The notes: generated by a model from the letters alone, not told the origin. 60,252 nt of DNA, filler included, from Nemertoderma westbladi (GCA_032718475.1; 3 parts of 3 records of this genome joined end to end with filler, not necessarily neighbours in it); one strand, 5' to 3'. Positions 11,755-23,994 are shown, numbered from the whole stretch's first letter. Translations and numbers: made by a program.

Positions 11755-11958
11755 GTTTGTAAGAAGATACTGACACGTCTCTACCGTGTATTCGCACACG
11801 TCTACGTTCATCACTTTGATATGATCGTGTCTATTGGCGCCGAGGCTCATATTAATTCGTGTTACAAACACTTCTATTACTTTGTTGATGAATTCAATCT
11901 GGTTGACCATAAAGAATTTGAGCCTCTCAAAGATATGACCTCAAAGTTATGCCGATGA
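11755..11958 (+). CDS. MOB3: Terminal coding exon of a MOB kinase activator 3-like gene (upstream exons not in window)
   Basis: Acceptor ttgtctaacAG, then [67 protein letters not shown], which is a MOB3-type C-terminus. AATAAA at ~12067. Not in the ORF track. Confidence 0.88.
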   Translation, partial: VCKKILTRLYRVFAHVYVHHFDMIVSIGAEAHINSCYKHFYYFVDEFNLVDHKEFEPLKDMTSKLCR

Positions 11959-13155
11959 TGAATATTGATTAGGCAAATCATTATCCTAAAGCGTATCTCC
12001 ATTATGCGATTGTTAGGCATATATGTACAGTATATATAATATTTGAACTATCTATATATTCTATTTAATAAAGCTTCACCGTATATTTACACAAGCGAGC
12101 GAAGCGAGTGAGTTAAATGTTATGAAACGAGAGTCTAGGTGAAGTATTTTTACTTAAATGGAATATGTCGTTTTATTTTCAAGTATGGCCGTGGCTTCTT
12201 TAGTGCCGTAATCTTTGTGACACACTGACAGGTGCAGTTAGTGTCTACCGGCTCACCTACCGTAACATAACCAAAACATATATTTCATATTATTATTAGA
12301 ATTAACGATACTTAGGAAACAATGCATTACTTATACTTACTACATGAGTATAATACAGTGTACTACTGTAGTGTAATACTGTACCTGTATAATACGGTGC
12401 CACCTAGACCTAATATTGAATGATAAATGGTACTTTATTACACGGCGTTAAATCTAGTACCGGTACTCCGTATTCAAGAATATATAGTTTATTTTATTTA
12501 ACGCCATATTTCACGCCAACTTGAAAATAAAGCTGATCCTACATTATACCAACTAATCGTATAATAAAGACAAAATGTTAATAAACTTTAATCTCCATTC
12601 TATCTTATTTTTTTCTTTATCTTCTTATCTTTTCTGATTAAATATTACATTATTGAGACACATCTCACTGTTTACTTTATTTTGAATCGTTGCATCGTAC
12701 ATCGTTGAATTGATTAAAACAATTGTCATTGCATTCATTTCTAAAATGAATATAATTATTGAATTTCTTGCAATTTTATCCTATACCATGAATTGTTAAT
12801 TTGAATTCGGGGTATCTAGCTCTCTCTCGAATTACATACAATCTCATAAAGGTGAGTTTAAAAATCGCAATAATTTTTATTGTCCGTTTAAATCCTATTT
12901 TTGTCCTTTTTTTTTATTTTTTATGTCCTCCAAAAATCTAATGTTAGGTTCCATGCTACCGGTTTCTATACTGCTGTTCTCTCAGGCTATCAGTACCGGT
13001 ATTAGTATATATAGCACTATTTTGCTGTATTGTATGTACAGATGTAGGTATAAAGCAGGCATTTCTGTATTTTAGTACCGGTACCGGCACTGCTGTAGGC
13101 CTACTGTGTAGCCTACCATTTAAATACGGTAATGGTAGACCAACCGGCAGACCGG

Positions 13156-13770
13156 TTGTTTTGGTTAGAAAATCTCGCCTCATCTGTAACCTGATCCTTT
13201 GCCTGATTTGGTAAAGTGACCGCTTATTGTTTTGGTTAGAAAGGCCCGCCTCTGTAACCTGCTCCTTTCCTTCATTTTGTAAAGTGACTGTTTATTGTTT
13301 TGGTTAGAAAATCCCGCCTCTGTAACCTGCCCCTTTCCCTCAATTAATTAAGTGATCGTTTATTGTTTTGGTTAGGAAATCACGCCTCTGTAACCTGCTC
13401 CTTTCTCCCAATTGGTAATGTCATCGTTTATTGTTTTGGTTAGAAAATCCCGTCTCTGTAACCTGCTCCTTTCCCTGATTTTGTAAAGTGACTGTTTATT
13501 GTTTTGGTTAGAAAATCCCGCCTCTGTAACCTGCTCCTTTCTCTCAATTGGTAATGTTATCGTTTATTGTTTTGGTTAGAAAATCCCGTCTCTGTAACCT
13601 GCTCCTTTCCATAAATTAGTTAAATGATCGTTTATTGTTTTGGTTAGAAAATCCCGCCTCTGTAACCTGCTCCTTTCCCTGATTTGGTAAAGTGACTGTT
13701 TATTGTTTTGGTTAGAAAATCCGGTCTTAACCTGCTCCTTTCCATCAATTGGTAATTGTTTTTGGCTATA
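13156..13770. repeat. 68-bp tandem repeat, ~9 copies
   Basis: Unit TTGTTTTGGTTAGAAAATCCCGCCTCTGTAACCTGCTCCTTTCCCTGATTTGGTAAAGTGACTGTTTA; related to the internal segment of the MITE at 15463. Confidence 0.9.
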
Positions 13771-14929
13771 AAATGAGTGTTTTGCTACGTCATGTGGTAA
13801 TCGATTATCGACAACAACCACAAACTATTAAATTTAGAGTCTTTTACCACAGGCGCATATGGAATTCTATCTCATAGTCTATAAATCATGGAATCATGGA
13901 ATGTTTTGGCACAGGCATAGTGAAACCAACTGTCCGATAGAGACCAGAAATCAACAAATTTTGAATGTTTTGGCATAGGCATGTTGAAATCAACTGTCTG
14001 ACAGTCCAGAAATCAGCAGTCTGACAGTTTGAAGAAATACATACATAAAAAGTCATTAAAAGGACAACAAAAGTTATTAAAAGGACAACAAAAGTCATTA
14101 TGCACAATTCGTAAAAAAAGGAGTACAAAATAAGTCAAATAAAAGGACATAAAAAATCACTGCCTTTAAAAATTGGGAGGGTGGGCAGGGGTTGGTGATG
14201 TTAATGAATTAAGACAAGCTATATAATTCAGGCCATATTATGGTGTAAATATAAAATAACATTAAATGCATTCGTTTCCATAGAGACTGTACAGTAGCAC
14301 AGTAAGTAAGAAACTGTTGTAATCAAGACGTTTTATAATTTATAGATCTAACCTCCTTGGTTCCGGTAGTGGGTTAGGCCTACTCATCGGGGTTATATAC
14401 ACCAGGCCATCATCACGTCGGGATTCTGTAGCTACAGTATTTATGGGTGGAAATTACATAGAAAATACACTGGGAACTTCTTGGTCTTGCAAATGTACTG
14501 TACTCGGGAATATGGTAGCTAGTGTATCGGTACTTGTTAAAATAATATTTTGGTACAAATGTTTTTTATCCTAGAACATTAAAAGAAATCGATTGTGCCA
14601 TACTGAAATCAGTTAGGCCTACACTATCTCCCCCTAATCCTACAACCGTTTCTAGCAAGTCGCTTCTGCCAGCAGCAGTATTAAAAGTTGTCGAACTATA
14701 CCAAATGTCGTAGCATATTATTAAAATTTTAAAAAAATTCGGGGGGCGGGCGCGGGGGGCCGACTTGCTAAAAATGGTTGTTGTATTTAAGGGAGATGGT
14801 GTATAAACCAAACTAACAAAATTAAAGAAAAACGATTTTAAGTTCATTATCTTCCATGAAAATTACAGTATTTAAACTGTACAGTAATTAATGATGTTTA
14901 GCACTAATCAACAGCATAATTTAATATCG

Positions 14930-16140
14930 CCACTAATTGAATGCCACCCCAAATTAGATGATTTGACACCAAAATAAATTATTTTTCACCAAATATATTT
15001 TTTTTGTAGCACCAATTCGCATCCCCCAATATTGAATATCCCTCTCACCAAAAACAATTATTCATCCCCAAAAAACAATTATTCATCCCCCAAAAACAAT
15101 TATTCATCCCCCAAAATCAATTATTCTTCAACCAAAAACAAATTATTCACCCCCAAAACAATTATTCTACCCCCAAAAACAATTATTCTACCCCAAAAAA
15201 CAATTATTCATCCCCAAAAATAATTACTTATCAACCTAAAAAACAAGCACCAAATATTTTATATTAACTACGCTTTGCATGGTTGCATGCTTCAGTTACA
15301 CCTACAGTACGGTATTCGTACGGATAGGCCTATTGCCTTCAGAACAAAGTATTCTGTTATTATTCGTATTCTATTAATGCCTATCTACTGGTCTATTCTT
15401 GCCTATGGCCTATTACTTATTCTGTTATTAGGTTTCAGTAATACGGCAGTACTGAAGTTCTCAGACAGGGAGGGGGGAAACTAGACTCAATAAAAATTAA
15501 TCCCTCTCCAGGGGAAATTCGGCGCAAATAACAGCTGACTATTCTCAAAAATAAAACTGTAACCTGTTCTATTGTCCTTAGTTTATTGTTTTGGTTAAAA
15601 TAACGTGCCACTGTAACCTGCTCCTTTCCCTAAATTGAGAATTTAACATTGAGGCGGGATATTAATTCGCCAAGGCGGGTTTTGCGTCCAGTTTTCCCCC
15701 TGTCTCGATGTTTTAGTCTAACTTCCAGTAAGGCTAGGCCTATTGCTGCAGTACAGTAGTATTTATTTTGGGGTTTATGTATGTATTTTGGGCGAAAATG
15801 TATTTGTTTTAGGGGAACATGAATTCTTATTTTGGGGTTTATGTATTTATTTTGGGCGAAAATGTATTTGTTTTAGGGGAACATGAATTCTTATTTTGGG
15901 GGAAAATGTATTTGTTTTGGGGGAAAATGTATTTGTTTTAGGGGAACATGAATTCTTATTTTGGGCGAAAATGTATTTCTTTTGTGCGAAAGTGTATTTG
16001 TTTTGGGGGAAAATGTATTTGTTTTGGGAAAATTGGTAATTGTTTTGGGGGTTTTGTCATTTACTTTGGTGCTAATAATTGGTTTTGGGGAGCATTTATT
16101 TATTTTGGTATTGAGTAATTGTTTTGGGTCACATTATTTA
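14930..16140. repeat. Foldback-like pair of inverted ~21-bp tandem arrays
   Basis: CCCCAAAAACAATTATTCAT array (~15040-15240) faces a TTTTGGGGGAAAATGTATTTG array (~15765-16140) in inverted orientation. Confidence 0.55.
15463..15705. mobile_element. ~240-bp MITE
   Basis: Termini AGACAGGG...AAACT and AGTTTT...CCCTGTCT. Partial copies at 6990-7165 and, inverted, at ~33965-34085. Confidence 0.65.
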
Positions 16141-16199
16141 AGTTGGTGTAATAACTATTTACATCATTGTGTGCAAAGTAGCACTTACTAGTACTAAGA

Positions 16200-16760
16200 G
16201 GGGCGGATTTGGTCGCGCGGGGGGTCTGGGCGAACCAGAGAGTGGCGTCGTTTGATATTGCGGAAATTAACGCTGACGCCACCTCTTACGCCCAGACCAA
16301 CCGCTCGACCGAGTCCCTCCTGGAGCAGCGGTGCCGGTTAAAGAAGATGCATTACCGGACCGTCTGTGAAGACCGGAGGATGTCGTTCACTCCTCTGGTG
16401 GGCACCACCAATGGTGTCTGGAGCGCCGAGGCCCAGATCCTCATCCGCCACCTCGCCGAGACACTCGTGGCCCGGCGGGATGGAATGCGAGAGAGGGGCC
16501 TCGCGTGTGTCATGGGGGGTGTTCGACGGCGGCTGCAGTTCGCGCTCCTCCGGTCCAGCTCCCTCTGCCTCCGGGGCGGCCGACGGTCGTGGCGAGGCTT
16601 GGGTTTCGGGGACGGGGCCGGTCTGCGAGGTGCGGGGCTGGCAGACCAGTTCTGAGTCGCTTTGTGTGGTGATGGGTATTTGTATTTGTAATTTTAATTT
16701 GTGTAATGGTCTAATATTAAGGTTTTTATTCATTATATTAATAATAATAAAAACTGGGGT
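16200..16760 (+). mobile_element. 5'-truncated CRE-clade non-LTR retrotransposon (C-terminal restriction-like endonuclease)
   Basis: ORF 16209-16655 reads DLVARGVW..FDIAEINADATSY..KKMHY..SFTPLV..RLQFALLRSSSLCLRG, typical of the CRE endonuclease C-terminus. GC-rich island with an AT-rich tail; 12-bp flanking duplication GTGCAAAGTAGC (16171-16182, 16766-16777). Confidence 0.75.
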
Positions 16761-17706
16761 CACTAGTGCAAAGTAGCTTAAAGTTACGACCCGAGTTTAT
16801 TTATGTACCGAGCGAGCGCAGCGAGGGAGGTTTACATAAATAAACAAGAGTCTTTAACGCTGAAAAGGGACCTTTGCAAGCAATGATGTATGTAATTTTG
16901 TTACATTATGTCAACTTAATCAGCGTTCGGTATGTGAAGAAAGGATTTTATGGATACTCATTTATACATTTTAATCATGTACTATATCGAATATAAGTTA
17001 AAATTTTAATAACAGGTACACAGTATTACATAATTATACATTTAAATCTAATTAAAGTTTATTGGAAGTTACTGTATCTCCTGCATAGATGTGATAAATC
17101 ATTAATCCATCTTCACTATTGTCGAGTCTGTGTCCGTTCGGTTTTACTGAACACTGTCGCTATTTTCTTTGGTCATTTTAGTGTCTTCTATTGGACGTTT
17201 CGCCATAACGGAATACAGTACACGTTAAACAATTATTTATATACAGTAGCTAGGCTTACTGTAGTCCCGTCACTGCAAACTGGATAATGAAGCAGCGCTC
17301 ATTAATATAAATGGAAATAATACATTCTGGAATACGGTAATATAAGTTGTTTCCATGTCATTGATTACTTTGCAGCGTTACGAGTAATTCACCAGAACGC
17401 TGTTAAGTTAACATAATGTAACAAAATACTTTTTTTGGTGAAATTTTTATCAATTTTGGGATGACCTTAATTGGTATCCATTTGGTATCATAATTTAACT
17501 TTATTGATATAATTACAGTAGGCCTACTAGTACAGTAACTTAGTAATTTGCAGTTGGGTTTTATGGCGCTATTCAAGAAAATTTAATAGTATAGCTAGGC
17601 TACTACAGTATAGGTATAGATAGGCCTACTAGTATTTTTGGAGTTTTCGGCATTCACGGAACTAGAACACAAAACCTCCAACTCCGACATTAGTGTCGTG
17701 GTTTAA

Positions 17707-18614
17707 GGGGGGGGGGGGGGGGGGGGGGGGTATACCCCCCCATGAACCTTTTTTTAAAGTGGCTGTCAATTAGTGTTAAATAATAATATTGCTATTTTGT
17801 CATGTTCAACCACTGCATGGAAGGCCAAATAGCCTTTATAGTAAAATTTGAAAATTTGTAGCCTCCCCCTAGCGGCTGGCTGTGGAATTCAAGATTTCAC
17901 TAAAATTGCTACTAGTCCCTCAATTTTGGTCCAAATTTCTTGAAACCAACTTTTTTGGACTCAGCGTGATCGACTCTACAAAAGTTATCTTATATAATTT
18001 TTAATTTTTAATTAATTAATTTAATTAATTAATTATCATATTTTTAATTAAAAATGGCAAATTAGAAAAAATCTTAATATTTATCAAAATTCCATAAGAT
18101 AACTTTTAAAGAGCTTCCAAAGCTCGTTCGAATGAGCCATAAACGAAGAAAATTGGTTCAAAAATTTGAAAATAAGTAATAAGTAGTAATTTGAAAATGA
18201 AAAATGTCATTCCGAGAAAATGCCCTTCAAAGTTTAAACCGTCCCGCCAAAATATGTAGGCTGTCTGTGGTCTGTTTGGTTAATTATTTCTGGCACGAAG
18301 GATGCACACCAATGAGCTAAAATGTACTAGCTAAAATTACGGGGGTTTTCGGGGTCGCTGATTTCATTTCCGATGTCAGTTTTAATTTTTGATGGAATCT
18401 AGTCTATCTGTCTGTCTGTCGGTCTTCTGTCTTTCTTACAATTTGACGGACAGACCGTCATACGGAAAAACAGTGATAACTCGAGAACTGAAATATATCT
18501 CACTAAGCGGTTTTCAGATTTGTAATTCTCATTAAATTCTGATCTAGGTGAAATAAAGAAACAATAATTTGAAAATTTTACCTGAGGGGGGGTATACCCC
18601 CCCCCCCCCCCCCC
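17707..18614. mobile_element. Kolobok-like non-autonomous element
   Basis: TTAA on both flanks (17703-17706, 18615-18618); TIR poly-G-TATACCCCCC with purine start; internal modules recur at ~27490-29700. Confidence 0.6.
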
Positions 18615-19416
18615 TTAATCATTTACATTTAATCCGCATATGTGGCTGCAGACTACAGAGGACGTGGGTTCGAACCCGGGGAGGGGGTGACTGTGGACGC
18701 CATCAAAATTAATCAAAATGCATATCATTCCAGGTGGTAACGGGTCGTTTTTACTTGGAAACCCCACCGTATAAAAATTTCTTTGTTTACAATCAAAATC
18801 GGCCCCAGTCAGTTGTAGGCAAAATCCCATGTGCCAAAATATTTTTGGCAATAACAACAAACGACTTATTGTATCATTCAAAACTCACGCTGGCTGGGTG
18901 TGATAATATCGTGTGTTCAACGTCATTCAACCCTCTATTAACGTTACTTCATATTGCCAAAATAACTCAACTCAAGTGTATCATAGTTCCTAGAATTTAG
19001 TTCCCCTTACGTCATTACAAGTCGTACCACTACAGTAGTACTACAGGATAAACGTACAATAAACAATGAACGTTCAATAAGTATAGCTATTTCACTAACC
19101 TCGATTTCGGCATAATATCTGTGAACGAATTATTTACAAACAGTGATCTGCCTGCAGTGCAAATTTACCGCAAGTTAAATTGAGTTTCGTTTATTGATTT
19201 GGCACCGCTACTGTAACCTATTCCTTTCCCTTAATGTTCTAATTTAAATTAATTTTTTAAACCATCGAAACACATTTGTTTGCGGCCATTTTGCGCTATT
19301 TATTAGGTTGTTATCTGATATTGTATTTTGAACCTGGAATACTGCAGGCCTTCTTCAATTCTACTGCATTCATACAATTTATTACTCAGATAATAAATTT
19401 AAAATTAAAAATAAAA

Positions 19417-20726
19417 ATGGCGAGTTTGTTAAACATCACAAAAACTATGAAGATTTACCAAGGAGGATCGCGATTCTACAGCAAACAGGTTCCATCACCT
19501 AGCAACGATCAATACACGTTGTATTCCGCTCGTTCCGATATCGGAGTTAAAACTTCGAGTTCTTCCGAGAAAGTCGAGAGAAGTTGGTACGGATTGACGC
19601 CAGTCATTGAAGGAATGAAAAGGAGGAGCACGCAAGGACACAATATTAATCTACCACAACCGCAAGAAGTAAGATTACATAGTTTTATTATAAATAACAA
19701 TGTTTAGTAGCAGTAGTGAATGAATGACTGACTGCTTAATCCATTTATTTAAAACATTTATATCCATTTTTCCTGCTTCTCTCTAGTATGAGAACGTTAA
19801 GTAGTCAAATTTACTATTAGAGGCGGTAAAACTTGTAATCGTCCTTTGCAATGCGTATTTAGACACTGACGTGCTGCGCGATTCTGTCTTGGTAGCATTT
19901 ATAACAAATCCAATAACCTCCTTTGTTCAGTACAAGTTGTGAATCTGCTAGCGCATTCGGCCTACATTATAAAGCAGGGCACTACAACTGTCATCGGTGA
20001 CTGTGGCCAACTTGCGGGATGTCTGAGCTGCTTATGCGTTGTTGTAGTGTGAACAACCCAAGATCGTGATCAGTTTGTGGCTGTCATCATTGCATATCCC
20101 AATACAATTATTATGAATATGCCTAGTCAGTGTGTCGCTTTGCAGTGCATCAGGTCCTAGGATTAAGAAGAATTTAATTTCACCATCCGGTGAGAGTACC
20201 TCATCTTCTTTGTCACAATTTAACATTCAATTTCCAGTTAAATTCCAGTCCGCCATGATACAATAAGCGTTGCTGGGCGCAACAATTTTGGGAGATACTG
20301 TGTTTAATATAGTAATTTATATTATTAGGATTTGTTAAATATTATAATAGAGCTTGGAGATGTTTTTTTTTAGTTTTTTAATAAACGAACCTTTTGATTT
20401 GCATTTTTTAAATTTTACTATTAATTAATTAATAATGAATTAATTTTCAATACATTCCAAAATGTTTACTGTATTATGTATTAAACATTCGTAATTAATT
20501 AATTAATTAATTAATTCCTTTCCACTTGTAGGTGAATTACAACGAGACAACCATCAGCTGCACTAGCACGGGTTACACCGAACCGTACATCGAATCTGAA
20601 GAGATGAAAATAGACCTGGAATCAGTACAGGAGCAGTACCAGAACAGCCCAATGCAACCACACTCATACATGAGTCACACCTACGCGAGAAACAGACTTC
20701 ATAATCTACTCAATGACAATAAGTAA
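19417..20726 (+). CDS. Putative 2-exon gene of unknown function, 148 aa (exons 19417-19668 and 20532-20726)
   Basis: AAAATGG start context, GAA|GTAAG donor, ttccacttgtAG acceptor, phase-0 join in frame to TAA. Both exons are GC-richer than the flanks. Confidence 0.6.
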
Positions 20727-22082
20727 TAAGGAGCGAACAACCTCCCCCCAATATTCTTCGGTTATGGTCGACATTTTGCGAAAAGAACAGTCAGTACCTT
20801 TCTAACAAAAATGATGACTATGAAATATCAAATTGAATGGTAACGCATTATTTGCAGTCGTTTAGTGTTGTGAGAAAAGTTACAATCCAAAATACATAAC
20901 AAGAGTAATAAAATAATAAGGCATGGCCTCGTAACTATAGGCTAAGCGCCAATCACTTTTTTATGTTAATGATTTGTGAATTATTTGCCTTCATTAGTAC
21001 TGCTAAATCTAATTAATATTTTGAGTCTCTTGGCACTGGGTAATTCGATAGAATTTAACACTAAAATCGCGGTAGCCACTTAGTAGGTATCGTTTATTTT
21101 CATATGATTTTGATATAACATATTTAAGGTAATATAAAGTTTTGTTGTATTATTTATATTTTTAAGACCTATGTTGTGCTTTCCAAGTAACATTTGAAGT
21201 TGCAAATAATACGCAAAAACATTTTTGCATTCAGTAAATTTATTCAGGTAATTTAAATACATTAAAGAAAATAATGTGTACGTAGTGTTGATAGATATAG
21301 ACTGTGCTGTTAAAATGAGGTAGGAGATCCACCTTATCGAAGAACTATTTTTACCTCGAGAACCAAAATAAGAACATTGGTGATTTCGGTTCCTATTTAA
21401 CAAGTGCAGTTTGTTATCTTCAGCTAATCAATTATATTTATCTCTCTTAAATTAATTAATACAGTATGATATGATAATAACGTTATGCGTGTAGTATAAT
21501 AAATTAGATTTAGATTACGGCAAACATAAAATGCTGTTTCCTCTGATATAATAATTAACCGCGATGTTTTTCTGTTAATCACAAGCAATATTTCAGACTT
21601 ATTTGAATATAAAGTGTTTTAAAGGCTGCAATATTAATGATATTAATGCGGAATCTTTCATGATCGAGGAGCGGGATATTCTACTTTACTTAAAGGCGAA
21701 CCCTTCACCAGAAATATGTTATACTTCTAGGGGGGCCAGGACCACGGCATTTTTTGCAGGAAGTCTGGCAGTTAACCAACATGAGGCTGGATTCACAATG
21801 CATTTGCGGCCCAGACAGCATAGTTCGGGTGGAAATCATCATCTTCAACGCAAACTGAAACAAAAGTTATTTGATGATGATTATCGAAATAAATTATTAT
21901 GTTGTATTTCCTACAACTCCAGAAACTAAAGTAGATGAAGACGTATAACTGATTTATCGCAAGAATTCTGGCAGTAGACATTCAATCACCAATAGCTGCA
22001 GCTACACCTGGGTAATTTATTATCGTCATCTCAACCAACTCAAGGTAATAGGTCTGACAGATATAATTAATTTAAATAAGTT

Positions 22083-22225
22083 TTACGAACTTCCTCCATC
22101 GCCATCGCCGCAGTAGTCGCAGGACGTCTGACAGTAGTTGAACATGTACGTTGGGTTTATCCCACATTCTGCAGCAGCAGCCCACCCTTGGCAGTTATCA
22201 TCAAGGTCATCTCGATCCACACAGT
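22083..22225 (-). CDS. ShKT-domain exon (probable terminal exon)
   Basis: Phase-1 acceptor tttcAG, then DCVDRDDLDDNCQGWAAAAECGINPTYMFNYCQTSCDYCGDGDGGSS*, a six-cysteine ShKT pattern. Confidence 0.88.
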
Positions 22226-23135
22226 CTGAAATTAGGGAGTAAAACAATGTTAATTCTTCCGATTAGACTACAGAAAAAATATACCATCTATTATTATTAT
22301 TATTTTCGTACATGAACAATCAGAAAAAACAATTGCACAGTAGGCGTACAGATGTACATAAGGATATGAAAAAAAACTATTTAAGTGATGCAGATAAATG
22401 TAAAATATTAGAAAGGCTATAGAAAAACAAATAAACACGCTAGTAAGTTGATACGTAATCTTGCATGGTTTTTAACTTTTCAAATGAAAACCCAGGAACT
22501 TCAAGTACCTCGTTCCCTCGTCCTAAAAGTACTACATAATTCTCTACACAAATTTATAGGCTACCCTGAGTTATTAGGTGGTATTGCATAATGCTTGTTA
22601 GAAACAATAGTAGGAAGTAACTGCAATTCGGAAATATTAAACAACCATTGCTCATAGGTCTTAGATTCTTTCCACTGACTGTATTACAATCAAACATGAC
22701 AAGCGAGGCCAGAAACCTCACACATAATCTGTCAGATGAAAAAGCACACTATTTGAAATATTTAGGAAACGTTTACATGTGTATGGGATCCCAAACATTA
22801 CTATGCAATAAAGTTTCTGTATACGAATACAGTAAGCATTCCAGGAGTTACAAATGAAAATTAAAGTACAAACAAACTAAAATACAACGCAGTCAGGCAG
22901 TACAGCAAGGTTGCAAAGTCAAAGTTAGTAGACGCTTAATAGGATACAGTAATATTTTACAGACAATAATAGTAGGATATATATTTTAGGATATATATAT
23001 ATATATAGGATAATATGATTAATAGGATACAGTAATACTTTTTCTACACATCGTCAGACCTTTACCTACAAGGACTCACAAGTTACCATTCAATGATAAA
23101 ATCAATGTCATTTTAAGAATAATAAATTTAATTAC

Positions 23136-23249
23136 CGGATTGACAATTTCCACACGATTTTTCACAATTTACGAACATGTAATCCGGGTTTGCTTCACAT
23201 TCACCAGCCATTGTCCAGCCTGGGCAGTCGAAATCGTTGTCAACACAAT
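23136..23249 (-). CDS. ShKT-domain exon (phase 1-1 module)
   Basis: AG/GT-bounded 114-nt exon encoding DCVDNDFDCPGWTMAGECEANPDYMFVNCEKSCGNCQS; splices in frame to the 22083-22225 exon. Confidence 0.9.
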
Positions 23250-23377
23250 CTATATAAAATAAAAATATATAATAATTATAGTTCTGTAGAGATTAAGAGA
23301 TCGGCTATACAGGGTATGTACCTACTGAAATTAAAGTACTGTAGTTAAGTCCAGTATCACAAACTTCTATCCGCTAC

Positions 23378-23745
23378 CAGGGTCGTAGCCAGGAATTTGT
23401 GTGGGGGGTGGATGGAGATACAAAAATATAATATAATCTTATAATATAAGTATTGTGTTAGGGGGGGGGGGGGGGGGTGGGGGGATCTGGGGGCGAAGCC
23501 CCGAATGTACAGTAAGTACAGGGGCGTATTTAAACTATTATAATGTGAAATTGACCTTACACTTGAACACTGTCTTACAACATCACACTTACTTATTACA
23601 ACTACCTTGTAGCACTTGGGGGCACCTCCTCCTACACAAACTGTATTTTTTAATCTTATAAGTTTACTTCAGTACTTAGCATAAGTTCCAAAATTTTCGC
23701 TGGGCTGGATGCATACCAGTATCCACCCCCATGCCTACGCCCCTG
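23378..23745. mobile_element. hAT-family MITE
   Basis: TIRs CAGGGTCGTAG and CTACGCCCCTG with a perfect 8-bp TSD TCCGCTAC (23370-23377, 23746-23753). Confidence 0.85.
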
Positions 23746-23894
23746 TCCGCTACTTCCAGGATGGCCTCCCAGAAAATAAGATTACATTGTGGCTCGGATG
23801 ATTAAGGTATAGAGAAAGATACAGTATTTACTATTTATCGGGGTGCAGTCACTTACTCAATATACCACTCGATTTAGTTATTTTTGTTCGCGCT

Positions 23895-23994
23895 NNNNNN
23901 NNNNNNNNNNNNNNNNNNNNNNNNNNNNNNNNNNNNNNTTAATTAATTAANNNNNNNNNNNNNNNNNNNNNNNNNNNNNNNNNNNNNNNNNNNN
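23895..23994. other. Assembly gap linker
   Basis: N44-TTAATTAATTAA-N44, a six-frame stop linker. Confidence 0.97.

Noticed and set aside
13156-13770. CRISPR-like appearance of the regular repeats (also 48703-50621)
   Set aside because: Units are contiguous with no unique spacers, there are no cas genes, and the context is eukaryotic.
18640-18700. tRNA-like B box GGTTCGAACCC (similar at ~46927)
   Set aside because: No complete cloverleaf or clear A box; most likely SINE remnants rather than tRNA genes.
19800-22060. Coding-looking patches at 20032-20226 (-) and 21603-21929 (+)
   Set aside because: Interrupted by stops, with no recognisable motif or convincing splice structure.
23895-23994. 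TTAATTAATTAA palindrome within Ns, and apparent adjacency of the ShKT gene and POLR3A
   Set aside because: Artificial scaffold linker (also at 43629-43640); gene neighbourhood across the gaps cannot be trusted.
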